From: Euglena gracilis
Taxonomy: Eukaryota
Direction of reading: 5' to 3'
Assembly: GCA_039621445.1 (NCBI GenBank)
Contig: CP154954.1
Location: forward strand, 16,572,140 to 16,636,139
DNA: 64,000 bases
Shown: positions 10,691 through 26,552 of the stretch, piece after piece
How positions within the stretch are numbered: the first letter of the stretch is position 1
Layout: every line of letters begins with the position of its first letter
Notes under the pieces: model-generated
What the model saw: the letters and a program-made list of their open reading frames with translations, nothing else
What the model was told of the DNA's origin: nothing
The model's database searches: none
Made by a program: the position numbers and the translations under genes

Positions 10691-13600
10691 GAGCCAGGCA
10701 TCGAACTTTGAAAAAATAGCATTCTGAGGATTTTGGCCGTTATACCTCTAAATTTTGGCTGGAAAACCCCAAACCAGCCTTCTGCTGGGATTTTGGGTGG
10801 CCGGTTCCCGCTGGATGGACAAAAGCATGCCATTCGCCCTCTTTGATCTAACCAGTCTTCTCAGACTGGAAAAAAAAATTCCCAGAGGTCTCTTCCCAGT
10901 CTCTTCCCAGAGGGTCACGCAAATCCTCTGACCTGCAGCCTTGAGTAGTGGTCGCAGGGATCCACTGGTTTGGCACTGTTGGGCGACCGTGCTGATTTGT
11001 TTTGAGTTGTGTGACCCATCAAAAACCTAAATGAAATGAATCAGAGGATTGTTGAGGGACCCGGGGGTCAATAAAAAAGGTGCTGGATAAACCGGAAACC
11101 AAAGAATGCCCCAAATCAGAAGCGACCAGGCAGCTCTCCCCAACCGCTCCCACACGAGAACCCACTTCTGGCTTTGGCGGAGGCAGCCGCCACAAAAAAA
11201 AAAAGACAAACAGACAAAAAGTCAACAAATAAAAGCTCTGCTTTGAAAGAGCTTCTGCTGCCATTGACGCGAAGGGGGTTGAACCAAACACGAACAATTC
11301 AAAAACCTTCCCCTCTATCCCCCCCCAACTTTAAAAACCCACCCCCCTTTTAACCTCCCCCCCCTGGGCCGACCAACCAAGATAGTGTGTAGTGGTAGGG
11401 TGGAGGCAGACTCAACGGGTTCCAAAAAAAAACCCTCAGATATTTTCTTCCTTGACGATATCTCACTTTCATTTCATTTCTTTGTGCTCCTTGTGCGCTT
11501 CCATCGAACTATTTTCTCAGGAAAAAGAGAACAGAACCTTTTCTGGCTTGATTTGGTGAGATGTTGTTCATCTTTGGCTCCAAAATCTTGCAAGAACATG
11601 AACCCCTATGCATTTTGATTTGGTGTCCTTTTTGGTGCGAATGACCTTTCCTGCGTATCTTTCTTCATACAGGGGGGATTTCAAAAATTTACCATCATGT
11701 TATATTGGCTGGAAAGCTAAAAAAGAAAAAAATGGATGTGTTGCGCCAGAAAAAGCAAGTGAAGATGGTTTTGGACCCCCCAAAATGACCCCGAATTTTT
11801 CGGCAAATTTGGTCAAAATGACATTTATGATAATGGTCGGTCTCAAAAAATTGCCAAAAAATCAGTTTTTGGGGTTTGCCGCCGAAAAAATTGTCCCTGG
11901 CGGCTTTCATTTTTCTTCCCCGGAGGGGTTATAACCCATGGGACTGGGGGGGCGGGAGGGCTTCCCCTTCGGCGACCCATTCTGTGAGTTGATTTGGGGT
12001 CGAAAATTTGGGCTTTGCACCAAAAATAGAAGAAAAAAACCTCCTTCCAGCCCCGGGCACCAATTTATAATAAAAAAAGAGCCTCTGGTAACTGTGTGCA
12101 TTCTGTACGTACATCTGCTGCAGGGCATTGAAACCAATTGACTGCCATTGACTGCCATTGAAACTGATCAACATCTGCCAAACATGCGATCAATGACCAA
12201 GGAGGGGGTCATTGATCGCATGTGAGCGATGGAGACCATACGTGGACACTGTAAGTGTGGGGTTCATAACCATGGGAGGGTTGCAATTCAACATGGACTC
12301 TCAACAAATGCAACAGAACAAAAAGCGAATAAAACAAATAAGCTTCAAAAAAACACAAGGAATGGGAATTTGACAGGTATGAGTGCCAAAAAAATTTGTG
12401 CTCTGACTTCGACAAATACAATTGCTGGTCAAAAGAAATTCAAAAATGAATGAAAAGCAATTGGCAAAAAAACAAAATAAAGTAAAATAAAAAAATAAAT
12501 TAAATAAAATAAATAAATTAAAAGAAAACAAAGCACAAAATTTCCTTCGTCGAATCCATTTTTGCAGAATAAGGAAATCGTTTAAACATACTAAATCTTT
12601 GTGATCGTTGCAAACAAAAGAAACTCAAATGGAGTTGGAACTCATCCATCCATCCCTTTATGGGCGCTTGGCACGGGCTACGATTGAAGGTACGGCCCCG
12701 AGGGCAATTTGGGGGGGAAATCGAATGTTAAGAATTTAGGCCATGACAAAATAAGCCAAAAAAAGCCTAATGGGGGGGCCAAGATTGCACGTTAAGGCCG
12801 AAGGTCAACTTTTGGGCCAAGTTTGCATGTAGGGAATATGGAGCCAAGAGTGTGGGGGGGACCCAAAGCTATAGAAACTGACCGCAAAAGGCCACAGACA
12901 CTCCAACAACTCCCCAAATAGCTTTTTCAGCACCTTTGGCTTTTCACTTCGGCACCTTTTGCAATCTTGCATCACCGCCTTCAAAAAAAAGAGCGTCTTA
13001 AAAAAGCGCCTTCAAAAAAAGGCGGTCTCAAATGGGCCGAGTGGACCAGAACACTGCTTGCCTGCTTTTTTAAGAACGGGGGGGTGGTCTAGAACCCCCC
13101 CCCCCGGGTCACCAAACTGGAAAAAAAATCTCTGATCCAGAGGCGATGTACAGAGGGAAGGGGAGGGGCCGCAGCAACCACAGGCGGTGAAGTGGTCTGG
13201 GGTAGGGCTGCAGATGTGGGAGGTCCAGGATGCTGAAATGGAGCTGAAAGCGCAGGGCCTCCCAAGCATGAAATGAGCGCAGGGGACAGACTGCATGTCA
13301 CTTATCCTTAATGCATTGTCGGTAAACAAAGCAATAATTGTCGGAATTATGCGGGGGGGGGGGGATGATTTGGATTATGCGGCAATTATACGGATTGTGC
13401 GGGTGAGAAATGCGGCGTAAAATCCTTTTGGCCGTTGTTTGGTCGCTTCTATTCAATTTTCTAAACAGTTTGTCAACTTTTTTGTTGCTTCAGGCAGATT
13501 TTTGGTTACTTTTGACCCTCCGGTGCCCGCATCTGTGCTCCAGTTGCTACATCCAGTAGCCGCACAGCCACATCTGCTACTAAAACTGCTGGAGGGTGTT

Positions 13601-14149
13601 TGAAAAATACCTTTGACATCTGTGCACGGTAGGAAATCTGAAACTTTAGCCTAAAGTGCTGGCCAAAAAAATACCGTGGCCCAGAAAGGCCCAAAGATTA
13701 AAACCTGGTCCAATGCGCCCCATCAAAGTAAGCTAGCTGAACATCCTAAAAGGTCGACCTCCCCACAAAAAATGAAACCCCTAGAGATGGGGAAAAAAAC
13801 ACAAAAAATAGACCTCGCCTGAGTCTGCATTTTTGGGGGTTTTTTGTTTAAAAAATTGTTGAAATTGTTGAAATTGTTGGCAGGGAGCCTTCTTTGCAGG
13901 AGGTCTGACTGGTTTGGGGGTGGCACTCTCACGGCTTACGAACAAAATTTATCCCCTTCCCAGGACCCCGAAGTGCTGGTGTGAACAGCAAGTATTCAAA
14001 AAAGCACATCCAAAAAATGAGATTAGATTTGAGCAACCAATCGAAACAGTGGCCCTGGGTCTTATTTTGCGGAGGGATTATTATTTTTATTTTGCCTGCC
14101 AATTCTTTTCAGAATTCTGCACAATCCTGTTTTAGACTGATTTGGGCCA

Positions 14150-14154
<5 letters not shown>

Positions 14155-14221
<67 letters not shown>

Positions 14222-14255
14222 AGATATATATATATGCATTGTATATATGTATATG
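14155..14255. repeat. (TA)n microsatellite
   Basis: Direct reading. Confidence 0.95.
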
Positions 14256-15326
14256 CATTGTGCGAAAAAAAGAGGATTATGCCTCCCACCCTGCCTTGAT
14301 GCTTCAATTACCCCTCCCGAACACATCTCGGGGGCATAACCTCCCTTAAAAGAAGTAAGGGTCGCTGCAAGCGCAGCGTCCACTTAAAAATGCACCCCCC
14401 CCCCACAATCGGTCCACCACGAGCACAGCCGTTCTTTTATTTGTGGGTGGGTCAGGAATGGGACATCAATGCAAATTGCGGAGAATGTGCAAGCACGATG
14501 CATTCTGTGAGGACGCTTTCTCCCATTATTCTCCTCCTGGCTGGATAAAAACACACACAATAAATTGGCTGAAACTGTCACACAACCGGATTGAATGTTC
14601 CTCCACGATTGACGGTAAAGCTGGGGTTGCCAACTTTAGGGGACCAAATTGCATATTAAGAATTTCAGCAAGCCAGCACAAAATTCAAAATTGGCCAAGA
14701 ACATTAAAGGGGGGCAAGATCGCAAGTTAAGGCTAAAGGGCACACAAAGAGGAGGTCCGAGTTAGGAAAGATGGACCATAAAACGAAATGAGAAACCTCT
14801 CTTTTTCCCCTTCAAAAAGCAAAAAAAAAAAAATCAAAACCCCAAACACTCATTTTATTTTGAGAAAAGACGATATGTTTAATGGAACTTTTATTCTATT
14901 GCCGAGCTGTAAAAATGGAAACTTAACTAACCTTGAAACCTTTGATGCGGTTTGAATGCTCCAGGAATGTCGCTTTGACACGGGGGCGGGGGTGTCAACA
15001 GAATGGTAACAATGAAAACAGCAAATAACCAGGAAAGGGGTGAGTGTCAACAACATGGCGTGGACGGGGTAAAGTGGATAACTTCCAAAATTTCCACAAC
15101 TGGGGATGAAAATCATGAAGTGGGTCCCGAGGGAAGATTCGAGCTCAGTACGACCTTTATCAGTCAGGAAAGCAGTTTTCTAGCAGGAGCCCCTTGCTTG
15201 CGAACAATTTCCCAGCTGGCAACCCGGGGACAGATGGGTTTGCGAGAGTGGGTGGGTGGGCCACTCAGCCGACCCAGGGGGGTGGGGGTGGGGGTGGGGG
15301 TGCACCGTGGGCCAGTCTGTCCCGGC

Positions 15327-16682
15327 CAAGCACCTCTGGTCAGCCGTGCCTTTGGGCCCAGCATCGCCCAGCATCGCCCAGCATCGCCCAGCATCGCCTT
15401 TGGAGCCCTTGAAGGTGTACCTATAATGCCTGCTGCTTTTGCCGCTCTAGCCCACTTTTGGTTACTTTTCGCCGTCTTTGGTTGCTTTTTGACCACTTTG
15501 ACCACTTTTTGACTGCTTTTTGCCCACATTGACCACTTTTGACTGCTTTTTGACCACTGTTGCCCACATCTGCTGCCTTTTGACCAATTTTGACTGCTTC
15601 TTGACCACTTTTGCTGCTTTTTGCCCACCTTTGCCCATTTCCAACCACCTTTGCAGCTTTTTGATCACTTTTGCTGCTTTTTGACCACTTTTGGCCCCTT
15701 TTGCCTGCTTTTTGACCACTTTTGACAACTTTTGTTGCTTTTCGACCACTTTTGCCCACGTTTGCTACTTTTTGCCCACTTTTGGCCATTGTTGCTGCTT
15801 TTTTTATCACTTTCACTTTTTTGTTGCCCACTTTTGCTGCTTTTTGACCACTTTTGCCCACTTTTGCCCACTTTTTTACCACTTTTGTTGCTTTCTGACC
15901 ACTCTTACCCACTTTTGCCTGTTTTTTTGACCACTTTTTTGCTTTCTGATTTGCTGCTTTTTGCTGGAGGATGTGGTGCAGGCCTGTGAGATGGCAACAT
16001 CGAGTGCAAGTTTCAAGCCTCTTGCCGGTCAGACAAACAAAGTCCAAACATCTGCATCTTGTCCAGTATCTGCATCTTGTCCAGCAACTGCATCTTGTCC
16101 AGCATCTGCTTCTTGTCCAGCAACTGCATCTTGTCCACCATCTGCATGTTGTCCAGTGTCTGCATCCAGTTCATCTTGTCCAGCATCGGCATCTTGTCCA
16201 GTATCTGCATCGTGTTCAGCATCTGCATCTTGTCCATTATCTGTCCAGTATTCATCTGTTGGCTCCTGACCAAGCCAAGATAACCACAAAAGCCCAAAAA
16301 TGACCACAAAAATCCTAAAATTGACCACAAAAAGCCCCAAAAAGCAACTAAAATAACCAAAAATTGCCCAAAAACACCAACAATGTCCACAAAAGATTGT
16401 GAGAAATGACCCAAAATCACCAAAAAGGCGCAAAATGGCCAAAAATGGCATAAAATCTGCTCAAAAAGGCCCCAATTAGCCCAATATTTGCCAAATTAGT
16501 GATAAATAGCCCCCAAATTAGCAAAAATTGACCCGTTATGGCCAAAATGGGTGTAAAACTGGAGCTTTGTGGGGAAATTATCCCAAAAATAGTTCAATTC
16601 TCCACAATATACAAAAAATGCCAGCATCGCCCAGCATCGCCCTGCATCGCCCAGCATCGCCCAGCATCATCAGAGGTGCTTG
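15327..16682. mobile_element. hAT-type non-autonomous element, 8-bp TSD gtcccggc
   Basis: Perfect TIR caagcacctctg / cagaggtgcttg; perfect TSD at 15319-15326 and 16683-16690; cccagcatcg 10-mer subterminal arrays at both ends; internal ttttgaccac-type minisatellite and 18-bp repeat. Confidence 0.85.
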
Positions 16683-16914
16683 GTCCCGGCCGAAGGCCAG
16701 GCCAGAATTATTTTAAAAGACTTCCCGCCGATGTTGTGCGGGTGTGTTGGTGGGAGGGTGGACCCCCTCCCCGACTGCCAGGGTGGGTGAGCAATTTTTT
16801 GTGGAACCGCCCTCCCTTCTGGGGGTTAGGGTTAGGGTTAGTGTAGCCATCGTGGGGTGAACGTTAATACCCCCCCCCCGGAGGTGGTACTAAAGTTCTC
16901 ACCTGCCACATGTA

Positions 16915-16919
16915 TGCAT

Positions 16920-17016
<97 letters not shown>

Positions 17017-17095
17017 CATACATATACATATACATATACATATACATGTACATGTACATGTACATGTACATGTACATGTACATGTACATATACAA

Positions 17096-17160
<65 letters not shown>

Positions 17161-17168
17161 CATACATA
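16915..17168. repeat. (CATATA)n/(CATGTA)n microsatellite
   Basis: Direct reading. Confidence 0.95.
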
Positions 17169-20100
17169 AAAGGCCCGAATTCGACCGAAATTCCCCCCGA
17201 ATTTGTCCGCCGTGGTGGCACCACCAGTGGCACCGCGGGCCGGTCAACCACTTTTCTTTTTTTTCCTTTTTCCTTGGCTTAAAGAACAGGGGGGAAAACA
17301 AGAGGAATAAGGAGGGGATGGAAAGTGAAAGAAGTTTACAAAAGAAGGGAAGGGGAAGAAGGAGAATGGGCGGGGAATGGGAGCGGGAGGTTGCCTGCGG
17401 CCAACAACTTTCAAACACATTGCCCCAGCATTTTAATATCTCTCGCCAATTTGTGCACAAGTTTACCGAATTTCTTACGTCCATCCATTTGGCCCCAGCA
17501 AGCGATTTGTCGCCACCCATGGGTGGATAGGACGACGCTTTGGTCTGATGGGATAGCTTGCCGTCCACTACCTTGTGGTGGCCAGTGCTGCTGGTTTGGT
17601 TCGTCCCCATATGCGCGTAACGATTCGTCCAACGATCCATAAACCTCGAATCAAATCAAAAAGACCTCAAACGGCCAAAAAAAAGTTCAGAAATGATCAA
17701 AAGCGGCCAAAGCAGCTAAAAACAGTGTGGCCGAATGTGGCCAAAATGGCTGAAAACGTCAAACAATAGCAAAAAATGCCGACATCGCTTTGCATTGCCC
17801 TGCATCCCAAATTCAAGAACCTCACCTTAGACTCCACAATTACTGCATCGCCCTGCACCATCCCAGCGCCCTGGACTCGATTGAACGTTAGGCCAGGGTA
17901 CCAACCATGCGTAAAATAAGCCAAAACGCTAGAAAATTGGGCGCAAAGTTGCAAATTAAGGCTGAAGTTTAGGGAGGTCAAGTTTGCATGTAAGGAGGAG
18001 GGGGGGGCCAAGCGCCCGGGGGGGGGGGCAAGCGCCTGGGGGGGGTACCAACCCCCAAAGATTTCCAGCCAAGCCATGCAAGGAACCTGTGGATCGAGTC
18101 TGGGCCCGCAGACGCGAGAGCCAAAGCTATTACACACGCAACGCAGAGGACAAGCGACACGCGACTCGCAAAGCTTGCAGAGCTCCCGAGCTATGGAACT
18201 TGGAAGCGTTATAGCTTCCAAGGAGCTCTAAAAACAAGAGCGCAAAGAATTGGGGCTGTTGATTCATCAGATGGGAACGCCACCAGAATGGTCCCGGGGC
18301 TTGGCCCACGCCTGCAGGACACAGGCCGCAAATGTGTCACCGTGGGGGAAGGGCAGGGTAAAAAATGAGCGGGGACAGGGGGGGGTAGGACCCCCTGGAG
18401 GGCGTGTGGGTCGGACCCCCCCTCCCCCCGTGCAAAAAAATATCTTTACAGCTCTTTGCACCGGAAAAAAAATGGGCCTTGAAAAGGCCAAAAAAAAAAC
18501 GCATTTTTGAAAAATTGGTCAAAACATACGGCGAAAATTTCATTTTCACGGCGAGAAGCGCTGGAAAATTGTTCTTGGTTCCTGGGGAGGGATTTTAGCA
18601 TGAGCCACTTGTGCAGGATCACTGGAGATTTTGGACAAAATAATACTTCTTGCCTGTCCCACTAGTTCCTGTAGGACGTCCCACTACTTATACCCCCACT
18701 TAAGGAAGCACATTTCACAGTGATTCTGAAAATGCACCCGAAATTTCTGGGTTTATCCCAACCCCCCAACCCACACAGTCCTCCCACTAAGGCCAGTGGG
18801 GGTGCCAATTTTTCCAGTATATGACATTTGTGGTCCAAGATTGGGGGTGTTTGTTGGGAAACAGTTTTGTTGGGCAAACGGTGCCACTATCGGTCATCTG
18901 GCCTCCCCCTGGGGGGTGTAGAGCCCAAAAAACCGATCAGTTAATCTGTAATCACCCCTGGTGGCGGGGGGTAATGGGGAAAACAGTGAGGAATGGTATG
19001 GCTTTGTTGGCATCAAGGTTGACTTCAGGATCAAGCAGTTTCCGTGACATGGTTTTTAAACCATCCACGACTTCTTCTTCGCAGCCACCGTGAAAGCCCT
19101 GAGACCTGCAAGGAAAATTGAGCCTGGGGATGGCGTTGCTTGCAGGCTGTTGTCCTTTTGAAACCACCGTTGGATTGCTTCGGCACTGGATTTCTGCTAG
19201 TTGAGACACCCACCCAATATCTTTGAAGAAAATGTGCCGAATGCACAGTACCCCCCCCCCCCGGGCGTTTGGCCACACTCCTCCTTACATGCAAACTTCG
19301 CCCCTGTAGAGATGGCCTTTGGACTTTTGCACATGGCCGCCAAAATTCTTCAGATGCAAACTTAGTCCCCTTAAGGTTGGCCCCCTGGCCTTACCTTCAT
19401 GGCCTGGGCCAAGCACCCGGGCGGGGGACAGCAAGAAGCAAAATTTGGCTAGACTGACCGATGGTCCTGTCAGCCATTTCATGCAAAGTTTGCGTTAATG
19501 TGGTCTCGATGCTGCCAAAGCCGCAAAACCATCAAGTGTGTACGCGCGCGCGCGCGCGTGTGTGTGTGTGTGTCATGAATTTCACCGTTTTTGAATTTTT
19601 GATAGACAGGAACCTTTGAAGTCTTGAAGTCGTTCAAACATTGAACTTGTGTTCGGCTCCTGTGGATCTGGAAAAAAAACAGCCTTTTTGCAAGTCGCTG
19701 TAAAAATATGTGTGGTGTCGTTGCCAGGGAAACGGTGCCCCAGATCAGCCAGAGGGCAGCTGGCGGCAAACGTGTATACCAAACAGGCGAGGGCAAGGCT
19801 CCCCGTTCAACCGGTGCGACATGCGCAATGTGAAAAGGCCTTTCGCTGGTGCAACCAGGGGCTCAGTTGAGGCTGAGTTGGTACAAATGATCGCACACGC
19901 GCGCACGCACACACACACACACACACACACATGCACACGCACACACACACACACATACATATCAGCCATAAATCACCCTGGTAGTTACCTTCAAGGTAAG
20001 GGAATGGTGGCGGGGAGGGGGCAAAATCTACAACAAGGTCTTCACGGTTTCTACCATTTTTGGAACTGGAACATGTATTTTTTCAAAAAAATGCCAAAAT

Positions 20101-21294
20101 AAGGGGAAATGCAAGCTTTGGGGGTGAAGAGAAAAGGCAAACTGCATAATTTATATCATTGACAGAATCAGGTAGTGGCAACTAGGCATCTTTTCAGAAA
20201 GCTTCACCCCGGAGTTCTTTCCCATTAGCATTACCCAAATACTCGCACGGGGGGCACGGGGGGTCGAAAATGAACCCCCCTTGCCTGACCATGGCGTGCC
20301 CGATAATGGCCATTCACAAGGGAGCATTGACTGTAATGGCAATTTTCTCAAACCAAACCAAACCTTTCTTTCCCAAACCAAAGCCCCCAGGGGGGTTTCC
20401 TGTCATGGCACGCCATAGCCCAACGCACCCCCCTCCCCAAGGGTTGTTAACGAAAACCTAATGGACCAAAAAAAAGACGACAAAGGCCAAAAATAGCCAA
20501 AAATGTACAAAACGGCCAAAAGTGGCGAAAATGGCTTAAAATATCGAACGTTGACAGAAGAAAACTTCCGCTCATCGCCCTGCCGCCTGCAACAGAACCC
20601 AAGCTTTGGCCCAAGCTTGGGAGATGCAGCATCGTCAAACGTGCTTGGTCGGCAGGGAGTCGCATCCAGAGGGGAGATATACCTGTGCCAAAGATCCAGC
20701 TGAACAATCATCTCTGAGGTTATGACAGTCCCCTTTCTGTCAAAAAATTTCAAGTCTGGACGATTGATGGGTGGGTATCCTCCTTTCCATCACTCTTAAG
20801 CTTTTCAGAAAGCCAGAAGATCTGCCACCACAGAGTGTGGGCCGAGAGGTGCCTTGGGCTGGTCATTCCGGTGCGGTGGAACAGCTACACAAAGCCACCT
20901 GGCATCCAGAACACACACGCACGCACGCACGCACGCATGCGCGCGCACACACTGGCACTAGAACGCGCACTGACGGGCTGCACAGGTGTCCGCTGCCCCA
21001 ATCCTGCGCATTATCCATTATTTCTCAAATTATGGGCTATTTATACACGGATTTGCTTATTTGAAATTTACTGGTTTTTTTTATTCAGCTTGAGTTCTCT
21101 GATGTGAAAAAAAGAGCAGATACGGAAGCATAAACACCTGAATGGCCAAGCCTTCACTTAAGGGCCCCCCAGAGGGTGTGTCGAACTGAATTGACACTAG
21201 CTGGAAAGCCTCGCTGGAAACAAAAATACTTCAGAGTCGCAGCTGGCTGCAAAAAAAATTGTTCCCGGTGGTCGCAACAAAAAAAAAAACAATG

Positions 21295-21685
<391 letters not shown>

Positions 21686-21865
21686 GTGCAAAAAATGTAT
21701 GGTGTTACATAATGTATTATGTTATGTGTACGATTTATGCAAGAATATTACAAGTTGTGCAACCTCTGTTTGTAATAAAGCTGGTTTGAAAACGTGCCTA
21801 AAAATGCGGGACTGCATATTCTTTTAGGACCTGGGGGGGTCAGCACTTGGGGTGGGCCACAATTG

Positions 21866-22260
21866 CAGGGAGGGGAAAAACGCAACATGGACCCTCAAAA
21901 ACGCGATGCAAACAAATGAAAAATAAACGTAAAAAAAATGCAAAAAAAACGGTAATTGCATGTAAAATCCTTTGCAGAGCTGCGGAGCCACGGAGCTCCC
22001 CCCGAAATGCAATTTCAGCCTGAGGGGCTTAAATTTCAGCTCCATCAGGGCAGATTTTTCATTTCGCATAAAGATATGCAATTTGTTGGCAAAAATTGCA
22101 AAATTGGGGACATTGGGGGCAAAATGAGGAATTTTTCATTCTCCAAAAAATTCCAGCAAAATCGAAAAATCGCTGCAAAAAAAGCAAAAAAAAACACAAA
22201 TTTTGCCAAAATAAAAAAAACACAAAATAAAAATGCAAAAAAAAACGCGTTCCCCCCCTG
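21866..22260. mobile_element. hAT-type MITE, 8-bp TSD caca(a/t)ttg; second copy 36734-37116, so it predates the duplication
   Basis: TIR cagggaggggaaaaacgc / gcgttccccccctg; cacaattg / cacatttg flanks in both copies. Confidence 0.8.
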
Positions 22261-23729
22261 CACATTTGAAAACGAGGATTGGGTGGCCAACGTTGGGGTG
22301 CCTAACTTATATTCACTATTCTCGGCGGGTCATATCCAAAAATAGGGTCAAATTCAAATGGCCCTGGGCAAGGTTGCACTTTGAGGTGAGAGACGTATGG
22401 GGACGTCAAGTTTGCAAATGCAAATAACCACCTGTTTTTTTTGCGACAACCTTAGATGCAGAAAATGAAGACCTTTTCTGTATTTAAATCCCGGCCCCAA
22501 ATGCTTTCAACCGAATTCTTATTCACGATTAACACGTGAACGTCTCATAACTGGTTGTGCATGCCAAAATTTGGCAAACTCGACAGAAAAACTTCTGGGA
22601 AATTGTGAGATACACCAAAATATTTGGAACGTGAGTACGGGTGAGGAAGTCATGTCGCGCGTTCTTTAAAAGCTGGAGAGGGGAGTCCCCTGAAGCATCC
22701 ACTCTCCCCCCTGGGGTTCAACATTCGAAAAATACCTGGATTCCACTTAAATAAAATCAAGGGTGGACATTGGGGGGGGACAACCCAAACCCGAACCAAC
22801 ACCCAAACATTAATACCTATCTCCAACAACAAACCATCATAAGCAATAATGTGAAAATTGTGAATGTTTCAATCAGTTTTTTTTTTGGAGGCAATCCGCC
22901 TGGAGCTGTAGCTGGTCTTACCACATTCCGCACAAAGGGCCACTCAATAAGCCTGCCTCACCACACTATCTGCCCAACGTCGAAGACGCCTGGCCAATGC
23001 CGTGCTGACTTCATCGGTCAAACAGGAAGGCAGCACCTTGCAGGCCACAGGCAGCTGTAGCGGACACCAGGAAGGGGGTGGGAGAGGTTTGGTTTTGCCG
23101 TCGAGGGGAAGGCAATGTGGGGCCAGCCATGCCAACAAACCGGCGTCCCAGTCGCCCAGGCCAGGTGACTGGCATGGATTAGCCACCTACCCCTTGGGAG
23201 GATGGGGTTTGGACTGACCCCCTGTAAAATTTCTGGACCAATCTCTTCGGGCACCTTGTCAGTATCCAAAAAACATTCATGGACCTATTCATGAATGCGC
23301 TTTGGAAAAAGCGATTTGGTGTCAAATGGCTTCAATTAAGAGAACAACAAAAAATTCTAGCATTTCGGGTTATTGTTGTCCATCAGACTTTTTGGAGGAA
23401 ACATTTTGTCAAAAAAAAAACTAAAAAATTGCTGTGAAAAGCCAATAGGGATAATCTGTCCAGTTTGGTGGGATCTCTGGGTATCCTGTGGGGTTTGATG
23501 CAGGTGATGGTGTCTGAGAAAGAATCCTGTTTGGGTCACTGGAACCCCCCCCCAAGACTGAGGTGCACTCAGGGTCAATACAGTCGGGCCGGAAAGAGAT
23601 TTTTGACAATTCATTTGGGGGGGGGCGTCAATGTCCCCGAGGAGTTGCGGAGGTCCCCAGAAACAACCTCACGTTGATTTTTCCACGGACACTATCTGCA
23701 TCTGCCTGGTGGCATGGACGACCGACCTA

Positions 23730-23913
23730 CCTCCCCCCCCCCCCTTGTCGTTGACATGCCAATGTTCCAGGAGAGTGCCGTTTACACGGGGGGGGGTGTC
23801 AACGACACGCCATGTCAATGTCACTGTAATTCAATAGGTAGTGTTCCAGAAAAGTGTCGTTGACACGGGGTGTGTGTCAACGACACGCCGTGTCAACGAC
23901 AAGGGGGGGGAGG
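23730..23913. mobile_element. TA-TSD MITE present only in copy A
   Basis: TIR cct-C-run-ttgtcgttgaca / tgtcaacgacaa-G-run-agg flanked by TA; empty site at ~38600-38612. Confidence 0.85.
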
Positions 23914-24394
23914 TACCTTCTCCTTTCCTCCAAAAAACTGACCTGCTGATTTTGCACAATTCTGATGAGAGGCTTTTGATACCCCCCCCCGTCAACTTTG
24001 CGACGAACACAAACCCAAGGTATCGCAAGGCCCTACTACTACCGATACTAAATGCCTGACCTTGCCTGCGGTGGCCTGACTACCGTGTCGACACAGTGGT
24101 GCCCTGATTTACATTGGTGTGAAATAACAAGTGTGGCCCACACTGTCCATCGGATGGGGAGGGGCCAAAAGCAAGTAATCGCAGAAGGGAGCCAACGTTG
24201 CTGCCTAGAATCCTCGGAAAGGGAATTTCCCCTGCGTATCAAGGAGTGGCTGGGGTTGTCAGCAACCCCGGCTGTCCTGGCACGGTGCACAGGCCACGCG
24301 TGGCACAGGGCGGGGCGCGGGCGCAAACGGGTCAAAAAAAGCCATGGCGGGAGGGGGGGCGGGGGGGGGGGCAGGGGGGGGGGGGGCGGGAGGG

Positions 24395-24432
<38 letters not shown>

Positions 24433-25520
24433 AGGGGGGGGGGGGGCAAGGGAGACAGAACCACATGGGTTGCGTGGCAGCACAGGGTTGGCTTGTCTCA
24501 TACTCATGCAAAATGTGCAATTTGCCACCCCAGTGCCTGTGCATTGCCTTTAAGGGTTCCTCCCATTTCCGTGCTGGCCGAGGCTAAAATGTACCCGTGA
24601 TTTTCCATGATTTTCCGTGAATTTCCTTTTTCATTTTTTTTAAAAAAAAGTCGAAATCATTTTCCATATCTAATCATATCCCTCTGCCTCATCCGTGAAT
24701 TTCCGTGAATTTTCGCAATTTCTGTGAAAATGGCCTCCCGCCTTTTCCGTGATCCTCCATGAATTTCAATTAATTTCCTTTTCAGGAAATGGGAGGATCC
24801 CTGTGTTTTTACACTGTTGAGAAACGATTCTCTTCGTTTCACATCATCACCAAAAAGGTAAAAATTACTTTTCCTATTACAAATAAATCACATCAGTGAA
24901 AACTTAAAAAAGCATGGGGGTGGGCGAAAAAGAATTTGCCTCCTCCAAGAAAAACTGGTGACTTAATTCTGAGGACATTCGGAGGAATCGTTTTTGATTG
25001 AAGCGAGCAATGCTTCCGCTTGTGGTGGTCCTGCCCATCCCGGCATGCCAACTGTAGGTTGCGTGCTGGTCCGCTTGCATGGAGGCAAAAAAAACAGCGC
25101 ACGAACGTAGAAATTGAACATCACAAGTATTAGCAAAACCTTTTCGTAACTGCTGATGAGTTGGGGAAACACTTCAGATCGGGTGGCTGATGTTTCTTTG
25201 GGTGAACATATGGAAAAGAACTTTGATTTTCGCCGAAATTCTGGTGGCACCACTTTTCAGAAAATACACTGCCATCGTCCAGAATCAAATATGTCATATC
25301 CGAAGAACTAAAGCAGACAACAAAACGCCATTCCTTTCCCCGTCCAGCCTCACCCCTGTGAATGGAAACCGAAAGAGCAAATCCAGGAAAACCAAGCACT
25401 GTCAACAGTCCAGACAAGGGGACAGTTGGTGCAGCAAAAGTATTGAAACCACCGCGGGCAAGGGGGGGAGTTTCGGGCCAGGAAACAGCATTTTGCAATC
25501 TGAGGAAGCAACCCTGCCAT

Positions 25521-26386
<866 letters not shown>

Positions 26387-26435
26387 GTGGTGTGAGTTGA
26401 CCGAGTCAAAATTGGCCAAGGGGCCAAACTGTGTG

Positions 26436-26552
<117 letters not shown>

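Noticed and set aside
15421-16047. Lys-rich histone-H1-like ORF
   Set aside because: Product of a 10-11-bp T-rich minisatellite, open in several frames, inside a TSD-bounded element.
24340-24450. Very long G-run / poly-Pro and poly-Gly ORFs
   Set aside because: Homopolymer expansion absent from copy B; length unreliable.
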